NCBI GenBank assembly: GCA_958366705.1
Contig: CATXCB010000003.1
Span: 16,193 to 80,192 of the forward strand
DNA length: 64,000 bases
DNA from: an uncultured bacterium
Lineage (GTDB): Bacteria; Cyanobacteriota; Vampirovibrionia; Gastranaerophilales; Gastranaerophilaceae
Direction: 5' to 3'
Position numbers and translations under genes: made by a program. The notes under the pieces were generated by a model. That model was not told the DNA's origin. It did not search any database and worked only from the letters and a program-made list of their open reading frames with translations. Of the stretch, positions 37,398 to 47,723 are shown in pieces; position 1 is the stretch's first letter; every line of letters starts with the position of its first letter.

Positions 37398-37724
37398 TTA
37401 TTTTGTTTTTTGAAATAAGTTTTTGATAAATTGAACTATTTTTTTGCCGCCCTTAAAGCAAAGTATGCCTGCGGCTAATAGTCCGGTACCAACTAATACT
37501 TTTTTAATTATTGATTTATCACGTTCTTTTCTTGTTGGCTGGTATAAGTCGTTGTCTAAATTTCCTTTAATTCGTGTACCGTTCATTGTTCCGCTTATGC
37601 CAGGATAAAATGTTCCGCCCGCAAAAGTGAATGGCGGCATAGGCAGCATTCTGTTTAAATTATTTGTGCCAATATCTTCGGTTAAGCCCGGATTTGACAG
37701 ATTGTAACTACTGCTGTTAAACAT
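37398..37724 (-). CDS. hypothetical small protein with C-terminal TM anchor
   Basis: 108 aa. Confidence 0.35.
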   Translation of the reverse strand: MFNSSSYNLSNPGLTEDIGTNNLNRMLPMPPFTFAGGTFYPGISGTMNGTRIKGNLDNDLYQPTRKERDKSIIKKVLVGTGLLAAGILCFKGGKKIVQFIKNLFQKTK

Positions 37725-37839
37725 AACAAACCTTTTTAATAACCTTTTACCTGTATTTATATAAAGTATTTTTTTGTAAAATAATTTACTTTTTGAAAAA
37801 AATCTGGTTTAATATTCTTAACAATATAAGGGGAAAACT

Positions 37840-38145
37840 ATGAAGATGTTTAAGAGATGGTATGATGCAGATTCTGTTGTAAGTAAGGCAATTAATGATT
37901 TAGAGCATGCTCCTGAAGAAATTCAGGTAAGATGTGCAGACTATATTATTGAACTGCTGAAAGATGTGGAACTTGAAGAGTTGAGTTTAGAAGATCAGTA
38001 TAACTATATTATGCGCAGATGGTACGACAAAAATGTTAAAGTTTCTCATGCTGTTGAGTATTTGAGGTTATCTCCGGTTGAAGTCCGCAGGGAAACAGCT
38101 TTGAAAGTTGTTAAATATCTAAAAGAAATCTCTGATGTTTCTTAA
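37840..38145 (+). CDS. hypothetical protein
   Basis: 101 aa, clean ORF. Confidence 0.35.
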   Translation: MKMFKRWYDADSVVSKAINDLEHAPEEIQVRCADYIIELLKDVELEELSLEDQYNYIMRRWYDKNVKVSHAVEYLRLSPVEVRRETALKVVKYLKEISDVS

Positions 38146-38183
38146 TATTTAGACTTTTTTGCTTTTATATTGTTTAATATATT

Positions 38184-38546
38184 ATGGAGGGATATTTTGT
38201 GTCTGACGAGATAAATAAAAATGTAATAAATTTATTTTCTAGCCATAATAACAACCATATAACACCGGAGGTTAAAGATAAAATAAAATACTATGCCGGA
38301 TTTAATTATGTTAAAATAAAGAAAGATACAAACGGAAATAAATTTAATAAAGAACATTTGCTGAAATATTCTGCTAAATGTCATTACATGGTGACAGTTA
38401 TGCGAGAACTTGACAATGAAATTGTTTTATATTCTTATGATGTCCCAAATGATGATTTATTTAAATTTATGAAATCATTTGATGAAAATACATTGGATGG
38501 AAAAATTATTGAAATTGACAAATATTTCCCCGATGATTTAGCCTGA
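38184..38546 (+). CDS. hypothetical protein
   Basis: 120 aa, clean ORF. Confidence 0.35.
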   Translation: MEGYFVSDEINKNVINLFSSHNNNHITPEVKDKIKYYAGFNYVKIKKDTNGNKFNKEHLLKYSAKCHYMVTVMRELDNEIVLYSYDVPNDDLFKFMKSFDENTLDGKIIEIDKYFPDDLA

Positions 38547-38561
38547 AAGAGATAGAGAAAG

Positions 38562-41087
38562 ATGTGTTTTTTTAAGCAATACCACGAAAGTTTATTTAAA
38601 TGTTTTAAACCATATCAATACGTAGGAGGAGAATACTTATCTCATAATAAAGATTTTGAGAGTGCAAAGGTGAAATTTGCATTGGCTTTTCCAGATAAAT
38701 ATGAAATAGGTATTTCAAATCTAGGTGTTCGTGTGTTATATGAACTGATTAACCGAGAGCAAGACTATATGTGCGACAGAGTGTACGCTCCGGAACCGGA
38801 TTTTAATCCTCATCCGCTGTATTCACTGGAATCTAAAAGACCGCTTAAAGAATTTGACGCTGTTGGTTTTTCACTACAATACGAAATGGCATATCCAACA
38901 ATTTTAAAAATGCTTGAAATGGCAGATATCCCTTATAAAAACTCGGAAAGATCAGATGACGATCCCATTATTATTGCAGGTGGACCTTGTACATATAACC
39001 CGTTACCTGTAAGTGATTTTATTGATGTTTTTATGATTGGTGATGGTGAAGACTCTATAATTGAGGTTTGTAAGATTCTTGAGCAAACAAAGGGGCTTCC
39101 TAGAATTGATAGAATAAAAGCTCTTTGTGCTGGTGAAAGTTCAGGCAGATGGTCAAAGATTACGGGTGGTAAGGTTAAAAAACGTATTGCTCAATTATCT
39201 TATGATACAGCACTAAAATCATATCCTATTCCGTTTTCATCTTCAATTCAGGATAGAGCAGTTGTTGAAATTAGACGCGGATGTGGTCGTATGTGCCGTT
39301 TCTGCCAGCCCGGGCACGTTACTCTGCCTATTAGGGAAAGAAGTGCGGATGATATTATAAAAATTACAAAAGAACTGGTAAAAAATACAGGTTATGACGA
39401 GTATTCACTTTTATCTTTGTCTTCAAATGATTATGCGAATATAAATGAGGTTATAAAAGAGCTTTCTGTTGATTTTAATGATAAAAAGATTTCGGTTTCT
39501 CTTCCTAGCCAGAGAATTGACGGATTTAACCTTGAACTTGCAAATCTTGTTCAAAGTGTTAGAAAATCTACAATGACATTAGCTCCTGAGGCTGGCAGTC
39601 AGCGACTTCGTGATGTGATTAAAAAAAATATTACTGAAGAACAAATTATGAATGCCATTTTGACATTATATGAAAATGGCTGGTCAAGAGTTAAGTTGTA
39701 TTTTATTTGTGGGCTGCCGACAGAAACCCTCGATGACATGGATGAAATGGCAGAATTGTTCCGTAGAATAAGATATCGTTCAAGGCTAATGAAGAAAGAA
39801 AAAGGATTAAAGCATTCTCTAGATTTAACTTGTACGCTTTCTATATTTGTTCCGAAGCCGTTTACACCATTCCAGTGGTGTCCGCAGATGAGTTTAGAAG
39901 AAGTTACCGAGCATATTCACTATCTGATGGATCAGGTTAAACATATAAAAGGGGTAAAAGTTAATTATCACGAAAAATTTGTTTCCTTGTTAGAAGCTGT
40001 TTTAACCCGCGGTGATGATTCGTTATGCCGGTACATCGAAGCGCTTTATAAAAAAGGATGCTATCTTGATGCTTGGGGTGAATTTTTTGATAAAGATATA
40101 TGGTTTGAAACTGCAGATGAATTGAATATAGATTTAAATGCTCTTGCCCAAACTCAGTACTCAATCAATGAACCTTTGCCATGGGATTTTATAGATATAG
40201 GTATAAATAAAGAATGGTTTGTTGATGAATACAAAAAAGCCTATTCAGTTGATTCAAATTCTCCGCATTTTGTTTCTACATGCCAGCAAGGGTGTGTAAA
40301 TTGCGGAGTTTGCAAAAATTTTGGTGTTCGAAAAATTATGGATAAGCCATTCAAAGCTTCTGATGCGGCGCAATTGATTGTAAAAAAAGAGCCTGTAGAT
40401 CCTGCATTGTGTCCAAAAAATTTAAAAGAAGTGTTCAGGTATCGTGTTAAGCTTACCAAGACAGGTATTTTAAAGTATTTTTCACATTTGGATTGGCAAA
40501 ATACATTTTTTAAATCTATTACAAGATCAAATCTAAATGTAGCTTTTTCTTACGGGTATAATCCTACAATGAAGATATCAATGGGAGTTGCTCTGCCGCT
40601 GTTTTGTGAAAGTTTGACAGAGCTTGTTGATATTGAATTGTGGGAAGATGTTGATACTGAATTTGTTAAAAACGAATTGCAGAGAGTTTTGCCGGAAGAA
40701 TCTGATGTTATATCTGTGAATAAAATAGATAGAAGTGCTCCGTCTATTGATCAAACAGCAAGCTGGGCTGAATACAAAGTTAAGATATTTAACTCCGCAC
40801 TTTACGATTTTGATAAATTAGTATATAATACAGAAAAAGTTTTATCTTCTGATGAAATCTTAATTAAGAAGAAAAACAAAAAAGGTTTAGTAAAAACAGT
40901 AAACATAAAATCATCAATCGGGTCGCACCGATTTGAGGATGGATGTTTATTTATAGTATTAAAAACAGGGCAGGGTTCTGAAATTCCGCCTTTGAGAGCT
41001 GATGTTCTAATGGATATCATTGCTCCGGACGTAGTATTTGATATTACAAGAGTGAAATTTCTATCTGAAACCTTGCATGAGTTATAG
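38562..41087 (+). CDS. radical SAM protein (TIGR03960-like, B12-binding-like N-terminal domain) fused to DUF2344-like (TIGR03936-like) C-terminal domain
   Basis: CGRMCRFCQPGHV CxxxCxxC motif. 841 aa. The C-terminal ~230 aa form an extra domain. Lies directly upstream of, and overlapping, RNase E/G. Confidence 0.65.
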   Translation: MCFFKQYHESLFKCFKPYQYVGGEYLSHNKDFESAKVKFALAFPDKYEIGISNLGVRVLYELINREQDYMCDRVYAPEPDFNPHPLYSLESKRPLKEFDAVGFSLQYEMAYPTILKMLEMADIPYKNSERSDDDPIIIAGGPCTYNPLPVSDFIDVFMIGDGEDSIIEVCKILEQTKGLPRIDRIKALCAGESSGRWSKITGGKVKKRIAQLSYDTALKSYPIPFSSSIQDRAVVEIRRGCGRMCRFCQPGHVTLPIRERSADDIIKITKELVKNTGYDEYSLLSLSSNDYANINEVIKELSVDFNDKKISVSLPSQRIDGFNLELANLVQSVRKSTMTLAPEAGSQRLRDVIKKNITEEQIMNAILTLYENGWSRVKLYFICGLPTETLDDMDEMAELFRRIRYRSRLMKKEKGLKHSLDLTCTLSIFVPKPFTPFQWCPQMSLEEVTEHIHYLMDQVKHIKGVKVNYHEKFVSLLEAVLTRGDDSLCRYIEALYKKGCYLDAWGEFFDKDIWFETADELNIDLNALAQTQYSINEPLPWDFIDIGINKEWFVDEYKKAYSVDSNSPHFVSTCQQGCVNCGVCKNFGVRKIMDKPFKASDAAQLIVKKEPVDPALCPKNLKEVFRYRVKLTKTGILKYFSHLDWQNTFFKSITRSNLNVAFSYGYNPTMKISMGVALPLFCESLTELVDIELWEDVDTEFVKNELQRVLPEESDVISVNKIDRSAPSIDQTASWAEYKVKIFNSALYDFDKLVYNTEKVLSSDEILIKKKNKKGLVKTVNIKSSIGSHRFEDGCLFIVLKTGQGSEIPPLRADVLMDIIAPDVVFDITRVKFLSETLHEL

Positions 41088-43056
41088 TAAAGGATTTTTT
41101 ATGAACGACAGAAACAGAAATGCTAATCAAAGTATTGAAAAAAAGATTGTTATTGCAGAAAGAGACAATATTGCTGCAGTTTTAGAAAACAAAAAAGTTA
41201 CTGACTTTTTTATTCATCGAGGTGAAGTTTTGCTGGGAGATGTTTATCTTGCTACAGTTGATAATATTCTGCCAAGTATTGACGCAGCTTTTGTGAACGT
41301 TGGTACTGATAAAATGGGCTTTTTACATGCTCAGGATGTAATGGGTAAAGGAACTCTGAGAGAAAAACTTTCACCAAAACAAAAACTTGTTGTTCAAGTA
41401 GTAAAAGAGCCTACCGGGCACAAAGGGCCAAGAGTAACTACAGAAATTAGTTTACCTGGAAGATTTTTGGTTTTAATGCCAAATGAACCGGGGGTAAGTG
41501 TTAGTAAAAAGATTGAAAATTCAAAAGAACGTGCAAGATTAAAGGCAATTGTAAATTTGATTAAACCGGTTGGTGTCGGTGTAATTATAAGAACGGAAGC
41601 AGAGGGTCAGTCAGAATCTGATATTCAGGAAGATTTGGAAATTCTTTTGGAAAAATGGAATAATATCATTACTTCAGCTGAAACTTTGAATCCTCCAAAT
41701 TTAATTTACAGGGATCAGGATTTGCTTTATCGCGTTATTAGAGAAGCCTGCACAGATGATGTTAAAGAAATTATTGTTGATACTCCATTTGCACTTAACA
41801 GAGTGCAGTCTATCCTGCAAAACTGGCATATGTCAAAAGGTATTCAAGTGACATTATACAAAGGAACCGAACCTCTATTGATTGCTATGGATATTCATAA
41901 AGAGATAAAAGCTGCACTAAATGTAAAAGTTAATATGCCATCTGGCGGTTATCTGTTTATTCAACAAACTGAGGCTTTAACTGTTATTGACGTTAACAGC
42001 GGTAAATTTATAAGTTCAGCAACTCAAGATGAAACTATTTTAAAAACTAATATTGAAGCTGTTCATGAAATCGCAAGACAATTGCGCTTGCGTAATATAG
42101 GCGGAATGGTTATTGTTGACTTTATTGATATGATGTCAAGAGCTGATAAGCTGGCAATGATGGAAGAATTGGAGATTGCGCTTGAGCCGGACAAGGCAAA
42201 ACCTCAGGTTGGTCAATTGTCTGATTTAGGACTTGTTGAGTTGACAAGACACCGTCAGGGTCAATCTCTATCTGAAATCTTTACTAAAAAATGTCCTCAT
42301 TGTCAGGGGAGCGGTTATTCAATGATTGAATTTAACTTTGCAACTCCAACTGCAGAGGGTGAATATAGAGCAAAAGCTGCAAAATTGAAATTACCTACCG
42401 GAAATTACAAAAAGAATAACAAATTTAATAACAAAAATAACCAGCAGCAAAATGTTCAACCTCAAGAACAGGTTCAAGAGCAGCCGCAGAAAATTGCTAT
42501 AGAAACAGAACCATCTGTAGTGGCATCTGAAGAGGTTATCAAAAAAGAGAACAATAAACGTAATAAAAATAGAAAAAATAAATTTGATAAGAATAAACAG
42601 GTTCAAGACGCTCAAGAAGTTGTACAAAATCAACCTGCGGCAGAATTGCCGGAACAAAATAAAACGGAGATTGCAGAGCCAAAAGTTGAACAATCCGCTG
42701 CAGCTCCTGTGGTTAAAGAAGAAATAGTTCCGGTTTCTGAAGAATCATCAGAGCAAATTCAGGCAGCAGAAGAAGTTGTTCCTGAACCTAAGATAAAAGG
42801 AAAATCAAGAAAAAGAAAAGCTGCTGCAAAAAAATCCGCAGAACAATCGGTAGTATCTGAAGCTGCTCCTATTGCTGATAAGCAGGAATCTGTAGTTGTT
42901 GAGTCTTCACAGGAACTGCCTGCAAAAGAAGAGCCTCAAGTTGAAGATAAAACTCAGGAAGAGGAAAAACCTAAAAAAAGAACTAGACGTCCTAACAGAG
43001 GGACTTCAAAAACTTCTAAAAAATCCAAAAAATCAGAGGAATTAAGTGAAGAATAA
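41077..43056 (+). CDS. rne: ribonuclease E/G family protein with disordered K/E/Q-rich C-terminal tail
   Basis: S1 domain, MGFLHAQDV and VVKEPTGHKGPRVTTEISLPGRFLVLMP. ~420-aa catalytic core plus a ~240-aa low-complexity tail. Confidence 0.85.
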   Translation: MSYSKGFFMNDRNRNANQSIEKKIVIAERDNIAAVLENKKVTDFFIHRGEVLLGDVYLATVDNILPSIDAAFVNVGTDKMGFLHAQDVMGKGTLREKLSPKQKLVVQVVKEPTGHKGPRVTTEISLPGRFLVLMPNEPGVSVSKKIENSKERARLKAIVNLIKPVGVGVIIRTEAEGQSESDIQEDLEILLEKWNNIITSAETLNPPNLIYRDQDLLYRVIREACTDDVKEIIVDTPFALNRVQSILQNWHMSKGIQVTLYKGTEPLLIAMDIHKEIKAALNVKVNMPSGGYLFIQQTEALTVIDVNSGKFISSATQDETILKTNIEAVHEIARQLRLRNIGGMVIVDFIDMMSRADKLAMMEELEIALEPDKAKPQVGQLSDLGLVELTRHRQGQSLSEIFTKKCPHCQGSGYSMIEFNFATPTAEGEYRAKAAKLKLPTGNYKKNNKFNNKNNQQQNVQPQEQVQEQPQKIAIETEPSVVASEEVIKKENNKRNKNRKNKFDKNKQVQDAQEVVQNQPAAELPEQNKTEIAEPKVEQSAAAPVVKEEIVPVSEESSEQIQAAEEVVPEPKIKGKSRKRKAAAKKSAEQSVVSEAAPIADKQESVVVESSQELPAKEEPQVEDKTQEEEKPKKRTRRPNRGTSKTSKKSKKSEELSEE

Positions 43057-43351
43057 ATTTTTTATAAATTTTGTATGTGCAACATTAGTAGTGCTTTTTA
43101 GCACTACTAATGTTGCTTTTGCACAGGCTTCACATATTGCAGAAATTAAAACTATCGCTGTGAAATTTGTTCTGGCAATGCTGGGAGTAGCTCTTTTTTC
43201 TATTCTCATATTTGTCGGGTTATCCTTGTATAATAGGTTTTTTGTTGCTTCGCAAATTAAAGATTTTAACTTGAGTAAGGACTCTTTGAGGACTCCTGTT
43301 GATACGGATGAGGCTATACTGTCATTTATTACTAAAAATAGGTTGAAATAA
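43046..43351 (+). CDS. hypothetical small membrane protein
   Basis: Signal peptide plus TM segment. Alternative (GTG) start overlaps the rne stop. Preferred over the antisense ORF 43042..43362. Confidence 0.3.
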   Translation: MKNKFFINFVCATLVVLFSTTNVAFAQASHIAEIKTIAVKFVLAMLGVALFSILIFVGLSLYNRFFVASQIKDFNLSKDSLRTPVDTDEAILSFITKNRLK

Positions 43352-43578
43352 TGAAGAAACATGCAGTTGGAATTTTGGAATTACTTATTGTTATTTTCCT
43401 TGCGATAATAATTTATTTTACCTGTTTTCATTCACAATATGGAAGAAAAAATCCGTTTGCAGATAATTCTAGAATAAATTCACAACAAGAAATTATAGAT
43501 ACAAAAATTCAAGAAATTGAGAACACAAAGGCTTTAAAAAAGCAAATTGAAAAGAATTTAAGTGAGGGTAATGAATAG
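43351..43578 (+). CDS. hypothetical small membrane protein
   Basis: 75 aa with one TM helix. Confidence 0.3.
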   Translation: MKKHAVGILELLIVIFLAIIIYFTCFHSQYGRKNPFADNSRINSQQEIIDTKIQEIENTKALKKQIEKNLSEGNE

Positions 43579-44247
43579 ATGAAAAAATCAACGTTATTTG
43601 ATATTATTTCACCCGTAATGATTGGACCGTCAAGTTCGCACACAGCAGGAGCTGTCAGACTAGGACTTCTTGCCAAAAATATATACAAAAATAAACCTGA
43701 AAAAGTTATTTTTAGGCTTTATAATTCGTATGCTCATACAGGTAAAGGACACGGTACCGAAAAAGGACTTCTTGCTGGAGTCTTGGGGTTGGGTGTTGAT
43801 GATAGAAGGATTAAAGATATTTTTAATTCAGAGTTGGCAAAAACTGTGGACTATGATTTTGAATATTATGATAATTTTAAATATCATCCTAATGCTGTTG
43901 AAATCTTATTTGATGGTGAAAATAAGATGACTGTCTCGGGTGACTCAATAGGTGCCGGTGAGGTTGTTATAAGAAAAATTAATGAGTTTAATGTTAAGTT
44001 AACCGGAAAATACAATACTCTAATTCTAGTTTATAAAGATAAGCCTGGTATGATTTCTACAGTTACATCGTTAATTCAGTCTAAAAATATAAATATTGCA
44101 TCTTTGAATTGTGATAGAAGTGCAAAAGGTCAGGAGGCCTCAATGATTATTAGCGTTGACGGACATCTTGATGCTGGAGTTGTTGAATCTGTAGAAAATA
44201 TTGCAGAAGTTTATTTTGTAAGTTATGTGGAAAAATTGGAACATTAA
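43579..44247 (+). CDS. sdaAB: L-serine dehydratase, iron-sulfur-dependent, beta subunit
   Basis: ISPVMIGPSSSHTAGAVRLG, followed by a C-terminal ACT-like domain. Confidence 0.85.
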   Translation: MKKSTLFDIISPVMIGPSSSHTAGAVRLGLLAKNIYKNKPEKVIFRLYNSYAHTGKGHGTEKGLLAGVLGLGVDDRRIKDIFNSELAKTVDYDFEYYDNFKYHPNAVEILFDGENKMTVSGDSIGAGEVVIRKINEFNVKLTGKYNTLILVYKDKPGMISTVTSLIQSKNINIASLNCDRSAKGQEASMIISVDGHLDAGVVESVENIAEVYFVSYVEKLEH

Positions 44248-44250
44248 AAT

Positions 44251-45132
44251 ATGGAAATAAGTATAAATACATTTGAACAGTTATTTAATGTATGCGCATC
44301 TCAAAATAAAAAAATATATGAGGTTGCGCAGGAAAATATGGCAAAAGACGCGGATATTAGTGTCGATGAGGTTAGAATATTTACATCTAAGAGTCTTGCC
44401 GCAATGAAAGAAGCTATTCATACAGGTCTTGCAAGCCGAGAACTCTCGATGAGCGGAATGTGCGGACAGGATTGTCATAGAGTTCAACAGAGATTTCGTT
44501 CAGAACGGGCAATGTTCGGACCTGTATTTGAAAAAATTATTGAGTATGCTCTTGCAACAAGTGAAGAAAACATAAGAATGGGTAAAATTGTTGCCTGTCC
44601 TACTGCCGGCTCATGCGGTATTCTACCTGCAGCTTTGATAGGTGTTAGTGAAGAGTTCAATTATTCAGAAAGAGAGCAGCTGAATGCTTTAATTACCGCA
44701 GGTGAAATCGGTCGAATTATAGCGGCTAAAGTTTCTTTAGCTGGGGCGGTGGCGGGATGTCAGGCTGAATGCGGTGCGGCATCAGCCATGAGTGCTGCTG
44801 CAGTTTGCCAATTAAAGGGAGGAAGTGTTTCTCAAATTTTAAATGCTGTGGCTCTTGCGCTTAAAAATTTATTAGGACTTACTTGTGACCCTGTTGCTGG
44901 ACTTGTTGAGGTTCCATGTGTTAAGAGAAATCCATTTTTAGCTGTCCATGCCATCACTGCTGTAGAATTAGCTTTGTCCGGAGTTGAATCAAAAATTCCG
45001 CTGGATGAAGTTATTGATGCTATGGAACAGACAGGGGCATTGATGTCTCCAACACTAAAAGAAAGTTCGCAGGCTGGTCTGGCAACAACAAAAACTGCTT
45101 TACAAATAAGAAAGCAGGTTTTTGGAGTTTGA
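44251..45132 (+). CDS. sdaAA: L-serine dehydratase, iron-sulfur-dependent, alpha subunit
   Basis: TAGSCGILPAAL and CQAECGAASAMSAA motifs. Confidence 0.85.
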   Translation: MEISINTFEQLFNVCASQNKKIYEVAQENMAKDADISVDEVRIFTSKSLAAMKEAIHTGLASRELSMSGMCGQDCHRVQQRFRSERAMFGPVFEKIIEYALATSEENIRMGKIVACPTAGSCGILPAALIGVSEEFNYSEREQLNALITAGEIGRIIAAKVSLAGAVAGCQAECGAASAMSAAAVCQLKGGSVSQILNAVALALKNLLGLTCDPVAGLVEVPCVKRNPFLAVHAITAVELALSGVESKIPLDEVIDAMEQTGALMSPTLKESSQAGLATTKTALQIRKQVFGV

Positions 45133-45220
45133 TGTGCTTATTTGCTAAAATGAGAAGCTCTCATTTATACAAATGAGAGCAGATTAGCGCGTATAGCTAT
45201 TTTATAAGAAGAATAGGGTC

Positions 45221-46750
45221 TTATTGTTTATTAAATCCTATCGGATTTCTTTTTGAATGTCTGTGTTGATTTCCAAATGTTTCAATTGCATTTAAAAAAT
45301 CTTCCTGTGTAATTTTAGCTCCAATCATATCAGAATCTGTAAATGTTCCTTTTTCCATTTTTTCATATATTCCTAGGCGATTCATCATGTTTTCTCTTGC
45401 TAATTTACTTACAAATTTGATGTCACTACCTACAGCTTTAAGTTCGAATAATTTCTCAGAAAGTTCATCCATATTAATATCGTTATCCAGAGGTCTGTTT
45501 TTTGTATGTATTTTTAGAATTTCTTTAACTCCATCTTTATCCGGAGCACCAACTAGAATATGTTTGCTGAATCTTTCAGCCCTTTTTAGAGCGCCATCAA
45601 GTGCATCATATTTATTTGTTAGTCCAAGAATGAATACATCGTCATTTTCATTATAAATATCTGTCATGCAAGTCAAAATTTGATTAACAAGTTTTGCACC
45701 ATGCGGATCCATGTCTCCGCGTTCCTTGCCGATAGCATCAATTTCATCAATAACACCAATTGACGGCTGATTAGCTTTTAGTTCATCAAACCATGCTCGA
45801 ACATTTGCTTCAGATTCGCCTACCCATTTTGATTCAAAGTTAGTTCCGCTTAAATACATATAATTCATTCCTGATTCATTTGCCAGAGCCCTACAAAGTT
45901 CTGTTTTTCCGGTGCCCGGAGGCCCATATAAAATATAACCTCTAGTTATATCTTCTCCGGAGTGACCCATCGGATATTTTACAGGGAATAATATTCCTTT
46001 TTTTAGTTCCTGAATAGCTTTTGACTGTCCGCCAATACTATTAAACGTAACTTTACTCTGTGGATTTTCGGCCTGTAATATTCGTTTTGTTACTGTTTTT
46101 GTATTAACTTTAACAAGTTCTTCTTGAACTTCTTGTGAGAAGTCATACACTTTGGAAAATATGTGCCTGCTAAAACTTAGATCAGCCTTTGGTTTATCTT
46201 TCAGATGAATAACATCATTTGCATACTGAATTGTATCATTGTTAATAACGTAGAAACTGTTTCCAGGTTCAAGATAATACTGCTTTCCACCTGTTAGATA
46301 AGAAATTTTCTTATCATTAATGTTTAGAAGTTCAATATCTCCAACTGAATTTTTGAAAAATGCATAATTATTTTCTATATTTTTGTCCGGTAAAAATATT
46401 TCTTTTTGTATCAATTGTTTTAACTTGCCAAGATTCTTTTTTAAGGCTATTTGAGCTTTATTAAAATTATTTCCGGTTACAATAATATCTCCTTGACTCA
46501 AATTTTGGAATAAGGCGGCTAATCGTTCTTCGATAGGAAGCTGCTGCGCAAGTTCAGTCGCTGCTTTTGCAATATTTCCTGCGAATACAGGCTGTTTTCT
46601 ATTAATTAAATCTTTTCCGTACCCAAAATTAGGCAATGACTGCAAATCTTGTCGCGAGGTAAAATTAGAATTCAAACAATCTTTTTTAATTGTATTTGTT
46701 CCATTTGTTTTTGCATTATAATTTGCATTTTGGATACTACTAATTCTCAT
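45221..46750 (-). CDS. AAA+ ATPase (single AAA module) with ~250-aa N-terminal domain of unknown function
   Basis: Walker A GPPGTGKT, Walker B VIDEIDAIG and a degenerate second region of homology (TNKYDALDGALKRAERFS). Confidence 0.7.
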   Translation of the reverse strand: MRISSIQNANYNAKTNGTNTIKKDCLNSNFTSRQDLQSLPNFGYGKDLINRKQPVFAGNIAKAATELAQQLPIEERLAALFQNLSQGDIIVTGNNFNKAQIALKKNLGKLKQLIQKEIFLPDKNIENNYAFFKNSVGDIELLNINDKKISYLTGGKQYYLEPGNSFYVINNDTIQYANDVIHLKDKPKADLSFSRHIFSKVYDFSQEVQEELVKVNTKTVTKRILQAENPQSKVTFNSIGGQSKAIQELKKGILFPVKYPMGHSGEDITRGYILYGPPGTGKTELCRALANESGMNYMYLSGTNFESKWVGESEANVRAWFDELKANQPSIGVIDEIDAIGKERGDMDPHGAKLVNQILTCMTDIYNENDDVFILGLTNKYDALDGALKRAERFSKHILVGAPDKDGVKEILKIHTKNRPLDNDINMDELSEKLFELKAVGSDIKFVSKLARENMMNRLGIYEKMEKGTFTDSDMIGAKITQEDFLNAIETFGNQHRHSKRNPIGFNKQ

Positions 46751-47065
46751 CTTTACACCTCACTAAGTCTGAACACGGTCAAACAAATATTATATCTACT
46801 ACTTATGTAGTATTATAATACGTTTGAATACAGCAAGTTGTCAAGTACCTGTCAGAGTTAGGATTGCATGTGGATAAGTTTAAAGTCGTATAAATTGTTA
46901 TAATGATAGTATTTTGTACACTTATTATTTAAGTTTACAATTTGTAATATAATAAAATTTGTCTTTAGCTGAACAAATTCCATAATTAAAAAGTTTGTAA
47001 AATGAATTAGAGAATTTAAGCAATTAATAAAAATGAGGAAACATACATAATAATGTTTCCTCATT

Positions 47066-47139
<74 letters not shown>

Positions 47140-47267
47140 TTATTTCTTTCTTCTTTTTTATATTATTCTAAACATAGAAATTTTTCAAGTATTATTTTTG
47201 AGATTTATATAGTAATTCCTCTAAAATGATTAAAAATCTCCTAGATTTATTAGCAATTTAATCATAG

Positions 47268-47294
47268 GATTCCGAAACAAGTTCGTAATGACAA
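47268..47294. repeat. single MITE/REP-like unit
   Basis: ggattccgaaacaagttcgtaatgaca, nearly identical to the unit at 35990-36016. Confidence 0.6.
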
Positions 47295-47472
47295 TAGGAT
47301 TATTGTTACTGGATAAGTATCATCAATTCAACAAAATCCCTTAGAGCTGTCTTATTGTAACCAGATATAACTAGAAAATTAACAAAAAAGATTTTAATAT
47401 TTTAAAACAGGAATTATTATTAAGTTTTAAATAATAAAACACTGTATCATGTTATGTATGGAGGTATGTAAT

Positions 47473-47670
47473 ATGAAATTGACACCAAGAGAACTGGAAG
47501 TTTGCGAATGTATCGTTGCAGGTTTAAATAATAACGAAATTGCAGCAAAACTATTTATCAGTAAACACACTGTTAAAACATACGTGAGTCAGATAATGAA
47601 TACATTAAATGCGAAAAATAGAACAAACGTTGCTTATATCCTGGGAAAAGAAAATATTATAAACCTGTAA
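47473..47670 (+). CDS. LuxR/GerE-type helix-turn-helix transcriptional regulator (stand-alone HTH)
   Basis: LTPRELEVCECIVAGLNNNEIAAKLFISKHTVKTYVSQIM. GGAGG lies 9 nt upstream of ATG 47473. Confidence 0.6.
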   Translation: MKLTPRELEVCECIVAGLNNNEIAAKLFISKHTVKTYVSQIMNTLNAKNRTNVAYILGKENIINL

Positions 47671-47723
47671 CATTTTTGCATTTCATAAAAATTATTTTAT
47701 ACTTTTAATAAGGTAGAATTTTT

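Noticed and set aside
42391-42693. 100-aa minus-strand ORF inside the RNase E/G C-terminal tail
   Set aside because: It is the reverse translation of the repetitive K/N/Q-rich tail region (F/L/I-rich nonsense). The rne frame is continuous and is supported by N-terminal homology.
43042-43362. 106-aa minus-strand ORF mirroring 43046..43351 (+)
   Set aside because: Both strands are open here. The plus strand was chosen because it is co-oriented with the rne/sda genes and encodes a plausible signal peptide plus TM protein. Neither is strongly supported.
46858-47064. 68-aa minus-strand ORF in the AT-rich gap next to tRNA-Arg
   Set aside because: Extremely AT-rich with an Asn/Ile/Phe/Leu-biased product, no RBS, and it abuts the tRNA. 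It is likely non-coding.
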